Sequence record: SRR20825010_2866
DNA length: 45,920 bases
Direction: 5' to 3' (one strand)
Positions 10,099-19,842 of the stretch are shown here, one piece after another. The position numbers and the translations under genes were made by a program. The number at the start of each line of letters is the position of its first letter. Position 1 is the first letter of the stretch. The notes beneath the pieces were generated by a model. That model saw only the letters and a program-made list of their open reading frames with translations, was not told where the DNA came from and searched no databases.

Positions 10099-11316
10099 TT
10101 ATTGGAAGGAGGTGATCAGTTCGCCAGAATGGCTCAAGAGCTCAATCAGGCCCAGCTGCGCCAGCTTTTCCAGTTCAATACCGGTTTTCAGGCTCTCCGC
10201 GCGCTGGCCCAGCGCCTGGAGATACTCAGAGGTGGAGAGGTCGCCGACCTGCCACTGCTTCTCAAGCAAATCGGCACTTCGCTGTACACGCCCCTGGGAC
10301 AGTTCTTTCCATCGACGGAGTTGCTTGTCGTATCGCTTCCAGGAAGCGCGAGCGCCCGCCAGGTCATATTGTTGTTTCCGGTAGAGCGCCTGAAACCGCG
10401 CTTCGGCCTCCACAGCCCGTCGATTCGCAGCCCGGATTTCAGCGCTGTAGTTATTACGGACGTTCAGAGGGATCGAGAATGTCAGGCCAACCACGCTCTC
10501 TCCGCCGTCACGTCCTCCGCTCAGCCCTACTGTCGGCGATGCTGTCGCTTTGCGCCTGGCAACCTCTGCCTCACTTTTCAACACCTGCCACTTGGCTCGA
10601 GCGGCTGCAATTGACGGGTGTGCCAACAGATCGGCATCACCAATCTGGGACTCCAGCGCTGGCCAGATATACTCGGGAACTCCGCCATTCTCAGGCCTCC
10701 AGTCTGGCAGACGTTCTCTAACCTGAGTTTCTGCCCGATTAACTGCGGCCTTTGCCTGGGCGACTTCGCTCAACTGACGGGATAGATTTAAAAACAGAAG
10801 CTCTGCGTCGGCACGCCCCAGATCACCTGCCTGCTGGCGCTGTTCAACCTGGTCCAGCAAGGTATCCAGGCGCTGCTGTTGGGATTCAGCAATTTCCTCA
10901 AACAGCGTAGTGGCGCGCCACTCGACAAGCGCAAACAATGATTCAGACGTTTGTGTCAGAACTGCTTCGCTCAAGCCAGCTTGCGCAGAAAGCCTGATCA
11001 GCTTTGCCTTCTCCTGTAATGCGCCCTGTTGATCAGACCAATCGATCGTTTGTGACAGCCCTGCCTCAAAGTTATTCTCACTGCCCGTTCTGTCTGCTCC
11101 CACGGACAACTCCGGGTTATACAGCGGTTGTTCACTTGCCTCAGCGTCCTCTTTCCGCGCTGCCGCCTGCTCTGTCGCCGCCAGTACCTCTGGGTGCTTG
11201 CTTATCTGGCCAGTGAGCCAATTCGCCCAATTAACAGTCTCCGCCTGACCGAACAGCGGAATGGATAGTAGTACTGAACACAACAACGCCCGAGGCGAGT
11301 GCTTGCTTGCCTTCAT
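10099..11316 (-). CDS. czcC: TolC-family outer-membrane factor, CzcC-like (copy 2)
   Basis: NPEL motif, VGLTFSIPL, helical repeats; ATG 11316 chosen for SD GGAG. Confidence 0.9.
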   Translation of the reverse strand: MKASKHSPRALLCSVLLSIPLFGQAETVNWANWLTGQISKHPEVLAATEQAAARKEDAEASEQPLYNPELSVGADRTGSENNFEAGLSQTIDWSDQQGALQEKAKLIRLSAQAGLSEAVLTQTSESLFALVEWRATTLFEEIAESQQQRLDTLLDQVEQRQQAGDLGRADAELLFLNLSRQLSEVAQAKAAVNRAETQVRERLPDWRPENGGVPEYIWPALESQIGDADLLAHPSIAAARAKWQVLKSEAEVARRKATASPTVGLSGGRDGGESVVGLTFSIPLNVRNNYSAEIRAANRRAVEAEARFQALYRKQQYDLAGARASWKRYDKQLRRWKELSQGRVQRSADLLEKQWQVGDLSTSEYLQALGQRAESLKTGIELEKLAQLGLIELLSHSGELITSFQ

Positions 11317-11409
11317 CGACTTTCTCCCGAAGCGATTTATAGCCAAAAAATGATAGGCGTATGGCGCCTATGACGAGGTAGGAAGAGGCCGAGATAATAA
11401 ATGCGAACT

Positions 11410-11425
11410 TTGAAATGAGTTTGAA
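11410..11425 (-). promoter_or_regulatory. Direct-repeat box 5 (TTCAA-ACTCAT-TTCAA) facing RND operon 2
   Basis: Consensus match; TATTAT 11 nt downstream. Confidence 0.68.
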
Positions 11426-11544
11426 TTCGGAAAAACAGTTCAGATATGAGTCGCTAAAAACTCTTTGGAGCGCTTCTCAATGAGGCTAAGAACGGCAGCT
11501 CGCGACCAATCGCCGCGATGCCACCGTCTCATTCCAGGAAGGGA

Positions 11545-11889
11545 CTAGATTGAAGTGGGTTGGAGTGCGCTTTCGTCGGTCGCACCGTCTTCAATACGAA
11601 CGGCCTGGACCAGGCGGGATACAAGTACCTTGCCATCCCCCGGGTGCCCATCCCGGGTCCTGCTCGTTCGCACAATGATGTCCACAACTTCATCGGCAAC
11701 AGCATCGGTCGCTACATCTACTTCCAGCTTGACCATCTGCACTTTCTCCAGAGGCGATTCATCGCCAACCAGATGACCAAATTCGTTGAGAGACACGACA
11801 GCAATGCTTGCCACCCCCTTAACTTTGGCCAGAGCATCAACCACATGCTCTGCCATCACTTCTCTGACATACGCTTTTATTTCATACAT
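11545..11889 (-). CDS. PII-like (GlnB-fold) protein at the end of RND operon 1
   Basis: MYEIKAYVR start, VKLEV, GDGKVLV, AVRI motifs; SD AGGAGG. Confidence 0.88.
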   Translation of the reverse strand: MYEIKAYVREVMAEHVVDALAKVKGVASIAVVSLNEFGHLVGDESPLEKVQMVKLEVDVATDAVADEVVDIIVRTSRTRDGHPGDGKVLVSRLVQAVRIEDGATDESALQPTSI

Positions 11890-11906
11890 AAACCGCCTCC
11901 TGACTA

Positions 11907-14900
11907 TCAGACTTCAACGTCACGACGTTCGGATGCAAACCACTGATACACGCTGGGCAACACTACCAACGTCAGCAGCGTTGACGTGATCAGACCGCCA
12001 ACCACAACCGTTGCCAGTGGCCGTTGGACATTAGAGCCAATGCCATCGGCCAGCAGCAGGGGAATCAGCCCCAGAATAGCCACAGAGGCTGTCATCAGAA
12101 CCGGCCGCAAACGGCGTTGAGCGCCCAGCTTGACTGCTTCAATGACTTCGTAGCCTTCGTCCCGCAACTGATTGATGTAGCTCACCATTACCACACCGTT
12201 CAGTACGGCTACGCCAAACACCGCAATGAACCCCACAGCAGCGGGCACGGAGAGGTAAAGCCCCGTCACAAACAACGCGACAATGCCACCAGTAACCGCA
12301 AAGGGCACATTCATGAAGATCAGCGCCGCATAGCGAAGACTACTGAATGCAGAAAAGAGAAGCAGGAAAATAAGCGCCAGAGTAATGGGCACAACGATCG
12401 CTAGCCGCGCCATGGCCCTTTCCTGGTTCTCAAACTGACCGCCGAACTCCACGAAATACCCCGGCGGCATATCCACTTGCTCCTCGATCCGCTTGCGCAA
12501 ATCCTGAACAACACCGCCCATATCGCGACCACGCACGTTCATCTGCACGTACTGACGGCGACTGGCATTGGAGCGTGAAATTTTCTTGGGGCCTGCGTAC
12601 ATTTCAACATCGGCCACCCGTGAAAGCGGGATAAGCTCGCCACTGTTGCCCCTGAGGGGAAGCTTTCTGATTTCATCGATGGACCCGCGATAGGACTCTT
12701 GCAGCCGGGCGAAAATCTCAAATCGACGGACACCGTCGAAGACCAGCCCGGCGCCTTTACCACCTATACCGGTTTCAACCGTACTCATCAGGTTATCGAC
12801 GCTGATGCCGAACTGCGCCAGCACTTCACGGTCGGGGCGAATAACGATCTGTTTTTTACCCGCACTCTGCTGAGCGCGGACGTCCGTTGCACCCGGCACC
12901 TCTTGCGCCAGTGCCGCCACTTCCCTGCCGATCCGGCCCAACTCGTCCAGGTCGTCGCCGAAAATGCTGGCAACCAGTTGCGCCTGAACGCCTGACAGGA
13001 GTTCGTCGGTTCTGAGCTGAATCGGCTGGGACAGATTGTTGGCAAGCCCGGGAACCCGCTCATCCAAAGCATCCGCAATCCTGCTTTGGAGATCCTCGTA
13101 GCTCACGTCCTCTCGCCACTGATCCAGGGGCTTCAGATTGACAAGCGTCGCAACAACGTTCACAGGTTCAGGATCACCACCGACCTCGGCACGACCGATC
13201 CTGGCATAGGTGCCGGTGACCTCTGGAAATTCGTCTACAACGGACTGAATCCTTTTGCCATATTTGATGGCGGATTCAAGACTGGCTCCAGGAGGCAGTG
13301 TCGATCGAATCTGGAACGTGCCTTCCCTGAGCGTGGGCACGAATTCGCTCCCGAGATAGGGAAACAGCAGAAGACTGCCGGCAAAAGCAATGACGGCAAC
13401 GCCCATCACAATCTTAGGGGCTTTGACGACAGTATTCACTACCGGCTTGTATAGCCGGTTCAGGAACAGAACCAGCTTCGGCTCTTTGTGACGCCCGCCC
13501 ATCTTGAATGACAGGGAGGCCAGAACAGGCACCAACGTCAACGCGAGTAACAGCGCACCGACCAACGCAAAGCTGATGGTGTAGGCCATGGGCGAAAACA
13601 GCTTGCCCTCAACGCCCTGTAGCGTAAACAACGGAAGAAAAACGATGATAATAATGCCAATCGCAAACACGATCGGACGGGCCACTTCCCGGGCTGACTC
13701 ACCTACAAGCCTCAGAACGCTGATCTTTTCATCGGATCGCTCCTCAAGGTGTCGGAAGATGTTCTCTATCATCACGACAGCGCCGTCCACCATCATGCCG
13801 ATGCCGATAGCCAGCCCCCCCAGACTCATCAGGTTGGCCGACAGGCCCGACATGCGCATAGCAATGAACGCAAAGAGTACAGACAACGGCAACGTCGCCA
13901 CCACGATCAGTGTGGAACGAATATTTCCTAGGAACAGATAGAGAAAAACCAGCACCAGAACCGAGCCTTCAAGCAGCGCTTTCTCGACAGTGCCTATAGC
14001 CTTGCCCACCAAGTCTGCCTGAGAGTAGTACGCTTCTATTTTCAGCCCTTCGGGAAGTGACTTGTTCAGATCATCGATTTTTGCATTGACGTCCTCAAGT
14101 ACCTGACTGGTGTTGGTCCCGATCAACTTCATCACGTAGCCGCCCACGGATTCCTCACCTGAGGACACCTCTGCGCCACGACGAATTGCCGGTCCAAGGC
14201 CAACCTCCGCCACATCCTTGACGTAAATAGGAGATTCTCCCTCACTTTTGGACACAATGATGTTCCGGATATCTTTGATGCCTGCGTTACCGGAGTTGAC
14301 CCAGCCGTAACCGCGGACAATGTACTCTTCACCTCCGCGAGTAATGAATGAGGCGCCGACGTTACGATTATTCTGGGTGAGGGCGCCGCGAACATCAGAC
14401 ACCGTCAGGTTCCTTGCCTGAAGCTTCTGCGCATCAATATTGACCTGGTACTGCTTTACCTCGCCGCCGATAGAAAGCACACCGGTTACGCCCGGCACGG
14501 TCCTGAGCTGGGGTTTGACAATCCAGTCCTGAATCGTGCGAATTTCCTGCAGGCTGTATTGCTCTTTATCCTCAGCTTCCAGGGAATACATCAGGATGCG
14601 CCCAAGACCGCTTGCGATGGGCCCGAGTTCAGGTTCCCCCATCCCTTCGGGAATCTGGCGCTTGGCCTCGGATAGCCGTTCGTTAACTAGCCGCCTGGCG
14701 AAGTAGATATCGGTGCCATCTTCGAAATAGATGGTCACCCGCGAAAGTCCGAAAATCGACGTGCTCTGCACTTTTTCTAACTTGGGAATACCATACATGC
14801 TGATCTCAACGGGATAGGAAATCAGCGTTTCGATATCAACCGGCGACAATCCAGGACTGGTAGTGAATACCTGAACCATGGTCGGTGTCGCGTCCGGAAA

Positions 14901-15014
14901 CGCATCCACCGGCAGTTTTTGAAATGAAAATACGCCGGCAACGATCACGGCGATAGCAAAGACAAGCGTCATCAGACGATTGTTCAGCGCATAATTCACA
15001 ATTGCGTTGATCAT
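11907..15014 (-). CDS. czcA: Heavy-metal RND permease, CzcA/CusA family (copy 1; symbol is family-level)
   Basis: VDAFPD, TM4 GIGMMVDGAVVMIEN, RLRPVLMTA; 1035 aa. Confidence 0.93.
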   Translation of the reverse strand: MINAIVNYALNNRLMTLVFAIAVIVAGVFSFQKLPVDAFPDATPTMVQVFTTSPGLSPVDIETLISYPVEISMYGIPKLEKVQSTSIFGLSRVTIYFEDGTDIYFARRLVNERLSEAKRQIPEGMGEPELGPIASGLGRILMYSLEAEDKEQYSLQEIRTIQDWIVKPQLRTVPGVTGVLSIGGEVKQYQVNIDAQKLQARNLTVSDVRGALTQNNRNVGASFITRGGEEYIVRGYGWVNSGNAGIKDIRNIIVSKSEGESPIYVKDVAEVGLGPAIRRGAEVSSGEESVGGYVMKLIGTNTSQVLEDVNAKIDDLNKSLPEGLKIEAYYSQADLVGKAIGTVEKALLEGSVLVLVFLYLFLGNIRSTLIVVATLPLSVLFAFIAMRMSGLSANLMSLGGLAIGIGMMVDGAVVMIENIFRHLEERSDEKISVLRLVGESAREVARPIVFAIGIIIIVFLPLFTLQGVEGKLFSPMAYTISFALVGALLLALTLVPVLASLSFKMGGRHKEPKLVLFLNRLYKPVVNTVVKAPKIVMGVAVIAFAGSLLLFPYLGSEFVPTLREGTFQIRSTLPPGASLESAIKYGKRIQSVVDEFPEVTGTYARIGRAEVGGDPEPVNVVATLVNLKPLDQWREDVSYEDLQSRIADALDERVPGLANNLSQPIQLRTDELLSGVQAQLVASIFGDDLDELGRIGREVAALAQEVPGATDVRAQQSAGKKQIVIRPDREVLAQFGISVDNLMSTVETGIGGKGAGLVFDGVRRFEIFARLQESYRGSIDEIRKLPLRGNSGELIPLSRVADVEMYAGPKKISRSNASRRQYVQMNVRGRDMGGVVQDLRKRIEEQVDMPPGYFVEFGGQFENQERAMARLAIVVPITLALIFLLLFSAFSSLRYAALIFMNVPFAVTGGIVALFVTGLYLSVPAAVGFIAVFGVAVLNGVVMVSYINQLRDEGYEVIEAVKLGAQRRLRPVLMTASVAILGLIPLLLADGIGSNVQRPLATVVVGGLITSTLLTLVVLPSVYQWFASERRDVEV

Positions 15015-15028
15015 GCTCCCCCCGAGTA

Positions 15029-16213
15029 TTAGTGTCCGTGAGCGGCGCTGCGGCCACTGGCGGTAATGGCCGACATCAGATCAAAAGCGCCCACTGAGAC
15101 CACTTCCGTGTTTGCGCTGATGCCGGACTTAATTTCTATCCAGTCGTTAGCCTCCTTGCCAAGAGTGACTGGAACCGCCTTGTAGGCTCCCCCTTCATTA
15201 CCCGGAACAAATACAACGGACTCGTCATCGATGGTTTGCACGGCATCGTGTGGAACTAGGGGCAGTGATGCCGCCGATTGAGTCATGACTCTCGCTTTGG
15301 CATAGGTATTTGGACGAAGGTCGCCGTTGGGGGATTCGAGTACAACGCGAACCGGAATGGTGCGGGTTTCCTCATCAAGCTCATTTGAGATCCAGGACAC
15401 TTCCCCGGTGTGAAAGCGGTCTGCAACCGACTTTGAGAAGACCTGAACTTCATCTCCGACGGATACCCTGCCAATGTCAGTTTCGGCAACTTGCAACATC
15501 ACCCACACCACAGAGGTATCAGCTACGGTAAAAGGCGTATCTGAAGAGCTTAAGGTTTGGCCCAACCGGGCATCCATGCGCTCAATGCGACCTTGGATAG
15601 GAGAACGGAGCTCGTACTGTGCGAGACTGCTATCTGCGCCTGACGAATCACTGCCAAAAACCGCCAGTTGCTCACGAATCGAATCGTACTCCGCTGTAAT
15701 CTCAAGATAAGCGGCCTTGGCGTCCAAGAACTCTTCTTCGCTGGTGAAGCTTTCACTCCGCAATTGCTTTTCTCGCTGATACTCCGCAGTCGCGGCTTCT
15801 TTCCGAGCTTTCAACGAGTTCAGGCGGGAACGAATGCGGGCCAACTCAACGCTGTTCAACGCGGCCAACAACTGGCCTTTTTCAACCTGGTCCCCCAGAT
15901 CAACAGCCAGTCTCGTAAGCTTTCCCTGCAATAGCGGCCCTACCTCAGCGACGCGATCCGGAACATAGCGAACTTCAGCTGGCGCAGTAACGATATTGTC
16001 AGCACGGCCTCGGGGCACCGTTACAGTCTGCACGGAGAGCAACTCCCTCTGCTCTGGGGTCAGATGAACTTCGCGGGCCTCACTGCCTTCAGACGCGTGC
16101 CCGGCCTCTCCCTTTTGGTGCTGCCCTCCTTCGGCTTCTTCGGCGCCGTACGCCAGTGGCTGATAGACCAGAAAACTGATCGCGACAAACAATATCTGCA
16201 TATTTCGAATCAT
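15029..16213 (-). CDS. czcB: RND periplasmic adaptor, CzcB family (copy 1)
   Basis: LGDQVEKGQLL, ELRSPIQG, LDEETRT, LRPNTY; C-terminal HGH. Confidence 0.92.
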   Translation of the reverse strand: MIRNMQILFVAISFLVYQPLAYGAEEAEGGQHQKGEAGHASEGSEAREVHLTPEQRELLSVQTVTVPRGRADNIVTAPAEVRYVPDRVAEVGPLLQGKLTRLAVDLGDQVEKGQLLAALNSVELARIRSRLNSLKARKEAATAEYQREKQLRSESFTSEEEFLDAKAAYLEITAEYDSIREQLAVFGSDSSGADSSLAQYELRSPIQGRIERMDARLGQTLSSSDTPFTVADTSVVWVMLQVAETDIGRVSVGDEVQVFSKSVADRFHTGEVSWISNELDEETRTIPVRVVLESPNGDLRPNTYAKARVMTQSAASLPLVPHDAVQTIDDESVVFVPGNEGGAYKAVPVTLGKEANDWIEIKSGISANTEVVSVGAFDLMSAITASGRSAAHGH

Positions 16214-16262
16214 CTAAACACCTTCGACGTAAAAGAATCTTCAACCATTAATTTTCTTGTCA

Positions 16263-17564
16263 TCAGGAACCGGATGACATTGAAAGGGCACCACCGGTGC
16301 TCACTTCCAAGGCCCGGACGGCGTCGATATAGTCGTGTTGCACTTGGACGTATTCCTGCCTCACCGATAAAAGATTGTCCTGGGCGGCCAGGACATCGGA
16401 AGCATCGACTTTTCCCGCTTGAAGGGCTTTCTGCATCAGTTCCAGCGTTTCCTCCGAACGCTCGAGAATCGACTCGTTCATCTGGCGCAATCTGTGCGCG
16501 GCGGATTCGTACTGGGCCACAGCGGATACGACCTGGCGCTCAGTCGCCAAACGCAGCGCCTCAGCCTCAAGCTCGGAGATTCTTAACTGAGCCGAAGCCT
16601 CCCTTTTTTCACCGGAGTAATCATGAAACACGGTCAGAGGCATCGACACACCTGCACCAAAAAGGTTGGATCTTTCCTCCCGCTCGTAGAATCCGAACAC
16701 TTTCAGGTTCGGAGTCGTTAGACTCTTGGCCAGTTTCAAACTGGACTCATTCGCAGCAATTCTGGCGGCTGCCGCTTTCAGATCCCCTCTCTGGCGCTGA
16801 GCCGTCGCGACAAGCCGATTAGTTGGTGGCAAGTTGGCACGAGCTACATTAAGTTCTCCCGCGACCCCTACCGCATCGGAGGGGGACACCCCAAGAACTT
16901 CCGTCAGGTCAATTTTTGACTGCCTAAGCTTTTGCGCCGCTTCGGCCTTTTGGTTCTTAGCTCTTGCCAAGCCAATGACGGCGGTATTGAGCTCAATCCT
17001 GGTCTGCTTGCCCCGCTCAACGGACACCTCAACCAGCTCTTTGGTTCGCTGCATCAGCTCAACGGTGCGGGTTGCGGTTTCCAGCTCTTTCTGAGCAAGC
17101 AGTATCTTGAAGTAGGCTGACCGCACTCGGGCCTTGGTCGCCACCTTCAGGTATTCAAGTTCCTGCTGTTGAGAAGTGAGAGTGCTCTGAGCACGCGACT
17201 GACCGAGATCGCCCCGATTGCCCATCCAGACTTCCTGAGTAACCCGAACCTCGTAATTCAGTGACTGATCCGCCTGATCTGGATTGTCACGGCCACTCAG
17301 CTCAAGCTCGGGGTTGCTGGGCGCCCAGCGGCTGGCATGATCGAGCTCAGCCTCTTGCATGGACACCGCAGCCCTCCTCAAAGCCAACACCGGGCTATTC
17401 TCAAATGCCATTACCATTGCCTCTCTCAAGGAGACAGCCTGGCTGGCCTTGGCTCGTTGGTACTCCTTGAGTGAAACGCTCTCCCCGGCCGTGGCCGCCG
17501 CCGAAGGCATGACGTTCAAGACTCCGGGTACTATCAGCACCCACAACAACAGTCGTTTGTTCAT
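16263..17564 (-). CDS. czcC: TolC-family outer-membrane factor, CzcC-like (copy 1)
   Basis: Signal peptide, SNPELEL, GVSMPL; first gene of CBA order. Confidence 0.9.
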   Translation of the reverse strand: MNKRLLLWVLIVPGVLNVMPSAAATAGESVSLKEYQRAKASQAVSLREAMVMAFENSPVLALRRAAVSMQEAELDHASRWAPSNPELELSGRDNPDQADQSLNYEVRVTQEVWMGNRGDLGQSRAQSTLTSQQQELEYLKVATKARVRSAYFKILLAQKELETATRTVELMQRTKELVEVSVERGKQTRIELNTAVIGLARAKNQKAEAAQKLRQSKIDLTEVLGVSPSDAVGVAGELNVARANLPPTNRLVATAQRQRGDLKAAAARIAANESSLKLAKSLTTPNLKVFGFYEREERSNLFGAGVSMPLTVFHDYSGEKREASAQLRISELEAEALRLATERQVVSAVAQYESAAHRLRQMNESILERSEETLELMQKALQAGKVDASDVLAAQDNLLSVRQEYVQVQHDYIDAVRALEVSTGGALSMSSGS

Positions 17565-17646
17565 TCAATATCATCCTGGCTATTTGACTGAGATACATGA
17601 ATCAGCGTTTTCGCCGTAAATGCCAGGACGACCCTACAGACAGACC

Positions 17647-17662
17647 TTTAAATCAGTCTGAA
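17647..17662 (-). promoter_or_regulatory. Direct-repeat box 6 (TTCAG-ACTGAT-TTAAA) facing RND operon 1
   Basis: Consensus match; TAGGGT exactly 10 nt downstream (17631-17636). Confidence 0.68.
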
Positions 17663-17789
17663 TTCGGCGCCATCAAACCTAAACTCGTACGGAGTTCAAC
17701 GAAACTATGGCGGGGTATACGCCAAAAAGAGGTGAAAGAAAGAGACAAAAGAGGAGGGCATCGTCCAGCGCATGGGAGGGAGCGCAGAT

Positions 17790-17821
17790 AAAAAACGACG
17801 GGCCTATTTCAGCCCGTCGTT
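17790..17821 (-). terminator. Rho-independent terminator of the DcaP-like porin gene
   Basis: AACGACGGGC-loop-GCCCGTCGTT followed by a T run on the minus strand. Confidence 0.8.
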
Positions 17822-17854
17822 GGGTCCAATTATGTGAAGCAACACTATGAACGA

Positions 17855-19108
17855 TTAAAAATCGAACTGCGCAGCCAGTTGCAGGCGAGTGTTATCAGCA
17901 GATTCGCCATTGGCCAACTCTTTGTCTGCGAAGGAAAGCTCCAATCCCAGCGTTACCGGGTCAGCAACTTTGTAGAAGTTGCTGAAGTGAACGCTTTGCA
18001 GGGTTTCAAAGGAGTTTGGGAACAGATCTGCTGGCTGATCGCCCTCTACCCGCCCATAGGACAGACCAGAGGAGAACTTCGGCGTCCACTGCTGACTGAT
18101 AGCAACGTTGGCACCGTATGCCTCAATGGTTTCAAGATCGCCGTTGGCGTCGATGTATGCTTCACCAATACCAGTGCGGCCAGCGCTGCTGTCGTTATTG
18201 CTGAAGGAACTGTAGATGTAACGACCCACGCCGTCACCAAAGATCGCCCCTGCCATGACCGTGGTGGCGTCGGTCAGGTTTAGCCGACCAGCGATCAAAA
18301 CGCCATAACCAAAGGCGTTATCGTCGCCCGTAGCAGCTGCAGAGTCAGTCTGAAGCGAACGTGCCAGACCGGCAACTTCAATGCCACCAGCACTGCCGGC
18401 CCACTTGTACTTGGCAGTCAGATCCGGCGCATTATCGCGGGAGCCGTCAAAACCCGTTGTTTCCGGATTCTCAGCAGAAACGGAAAAATTAGCACCGCCG
18501 CCAAGAGGCATGGTGTAGCGCAACTGTGCCTGACGAATAAAAGAAACACCTACTGGACCGTCGAAATCAACCGTGGACGGATAGGCGGTAAATTGCATGA
18601 AGTTACTCCAGGTTTGACCGGCGAGCAGGCCGTTCAGCTCACCATAGGCGTGACGAAGACGCAGCCCTCTGGAGTTGGAGAAAATTTCATTACCGCCACC
18701 ACCGTAGAAGTCACCTTCAACGGTCGTTTTGACATCACCCACTTCGGTTGGCGTGGTTGTCTTAATCCGAACCCGTGATTGTCGAGCATGGGCTCGGAAT
18801 GAAGGGTCGCTATCGCTATTAGCAGTATCAAGGCCTGCTACGAACAGGCTGTCACCCATGTCCTGATCAAAATCATAGATCATGTCCAGCTTGACATAGC
18901 CACCGATTGTTACAGTGGTGTTAGTGCCAGGCACCATCCAACCTTCCGACCCCTTACTTTCCGCCATGTCATCCAATTGGCGCTGCAAATCATTAATCTG
19001 TGTCTGAAGTTCAGTTGCAGATTGCGCATGAACAGACGGGGCCAGCAGACCCGTAACCGCAAGCGCTAGTGTTGCTCTCATCGCTAACCTGAGTTTATTA
19101 GTTTGCAT
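17855..19108 (-). CDS. DcaP-family trimeric outer-membrane porin
   Basis: Signal peptide, short coiled coil, IGGYVKLD, ARQSR, LRLRHAYG, LAGQTWSNF, RQAQLRY, terminal F. Confidence 0.9.
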   Translation of the reverse strand: MQTNKLRLAMRATLALAVTGLLAPSVHAQSATELQTQINDLQRQLDDMAESKGSEGWMVPGTNTTVTIGGYVKLDMIYDFDQDMGDSLFVAGLDTANSDSDPSFRAHARQSRVRIKTTTPTEVGDVKTTVEGDFYGGGGNEIFSNSRGLRLRHAYGELNGLLAGQTWSNFMQFTAYPSTVDFDGPVGVSFIRQAQLRYTMPLGGGANFSVSAENPETTGFDGSRDNAPDLTAKYKWAGSAGGIEVAGLARSLQTDSAAATGDDNAFGYGVLIAGRLNLTDATTVMAGAIFGDGVGRYIYSSFSNNDSSAGRTGIGEAYIDANGDLETIEAYGANVAISQQWTPKFSSGLSYGRVEGDQPADLFPNSFETLQSVHFSNFYKVADPVTLGLELSFADKELANGESADNTRLQLAAQFDF

Positions 19109-19273
19109 TGTAAATCAGTCTCCATGAGCTTTCGTTGTATGTCATCTGACCGGTACTTGGCCCTGAACAAACAGACAGCTAATGCGCTTCAGTTGTCGGC
19201 CACTACCGGTAAGTGGTTCATTGATCTCGCACTTTCCGCCAGAACAACGACTCGCCATTGATAGCAGATGAAC

Positions 19274-19289
19274 TTGAAACGAAATTGAA
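19274..19289 (-). promoter_or_regulatory. Direct-repeat box 7 (TTCAA-TTTCGT-TTCAA) facing the DcaP porin
   Basis: Followed by GTTCATCTG, as is box 8; TATCAA 10 nt downstream. Confidence 0.7.
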
Positions 19290-19374
19290 AAAGAGCCCCC
19301 TTAATACCTTTGTATTAACGCCCCATCGCAACCGCTCTTATAACTGTGCCCTTTTCATCATCTAATTTTATTTT

Positions 19375-19390
19375 TTCAAGCTGAGTTAAA
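19375..19390 (+). promoter_or_regulatory. Direct-repeat box 8 (TTCAA-GCTGAG-TTAAA) facing the 98-aa gene
   Basis: Mirror partner of box 7, sharing the GTTCATCTG extension. Confidence 0.68.
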
Positions 19391-19440
19391 GTTCATCTGT
19401 TTCCATCGGGATGCAGACCATTCAACTTAAAGGTGACTCT

Positions 19441-19737
19441 ATGAGAAAACATCTCTTGCTCACATCTCTAGCATTAACCTTGGCGGCAGGAAGTCTCCAT
19501 GCCTCTGAGGCCAATGACGGCAGCCTGGCACAAAACATGCTCTCCGAAAGCAGCGTTCAGGACATGAAGAGACAGCATAGGGTAATGACTCAGGCAGCCT
19601 TATCTAAAGTAGGCATGGAAGCTCGCCGAAAATTGATGCAATCGAATAAAGACGACATTTATCACGAGATGATAAAGTCGGGCGATATTAATCTATCTAA
19701 ATCAGACCAATTCTCAAAAGATCAGCTTACTCATTAG
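19441..19737 (+). CDS. Small secreted Met/His-containing hypothetical protein (98 aa)
   Basis: SD AAGGTG, signal peptide ending SLHA, own box and downstream terminator. Confidence 0.78.
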   Translation: MRKHLLLTSLALTLAAGSLHASEANDGSLAQNMLSESSVQDMKRQHRVMTQAALSKVGMEARRKLMQSNKDDIYHEMIKSGDINLSKSDQFSKDQLTH

Positions 19738-19842
19738 AAATAATGTCGCACCAATAGCTTTTTCGATTGAATAATAGAAACTTGTCGATACACGACATTC
19801 TAAAACCAGTTGCATCGTGAATGGTCTCCACCATTCCGTCTT

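Noticed and set aside
7484-16822. Long plus-strand ORFs opposite the RND operons (e.g. 7484-8200, 8324-8998, 16064-16822)
   Set aside because: Antisense frames of well-supported genes, with no recognisable motifs.
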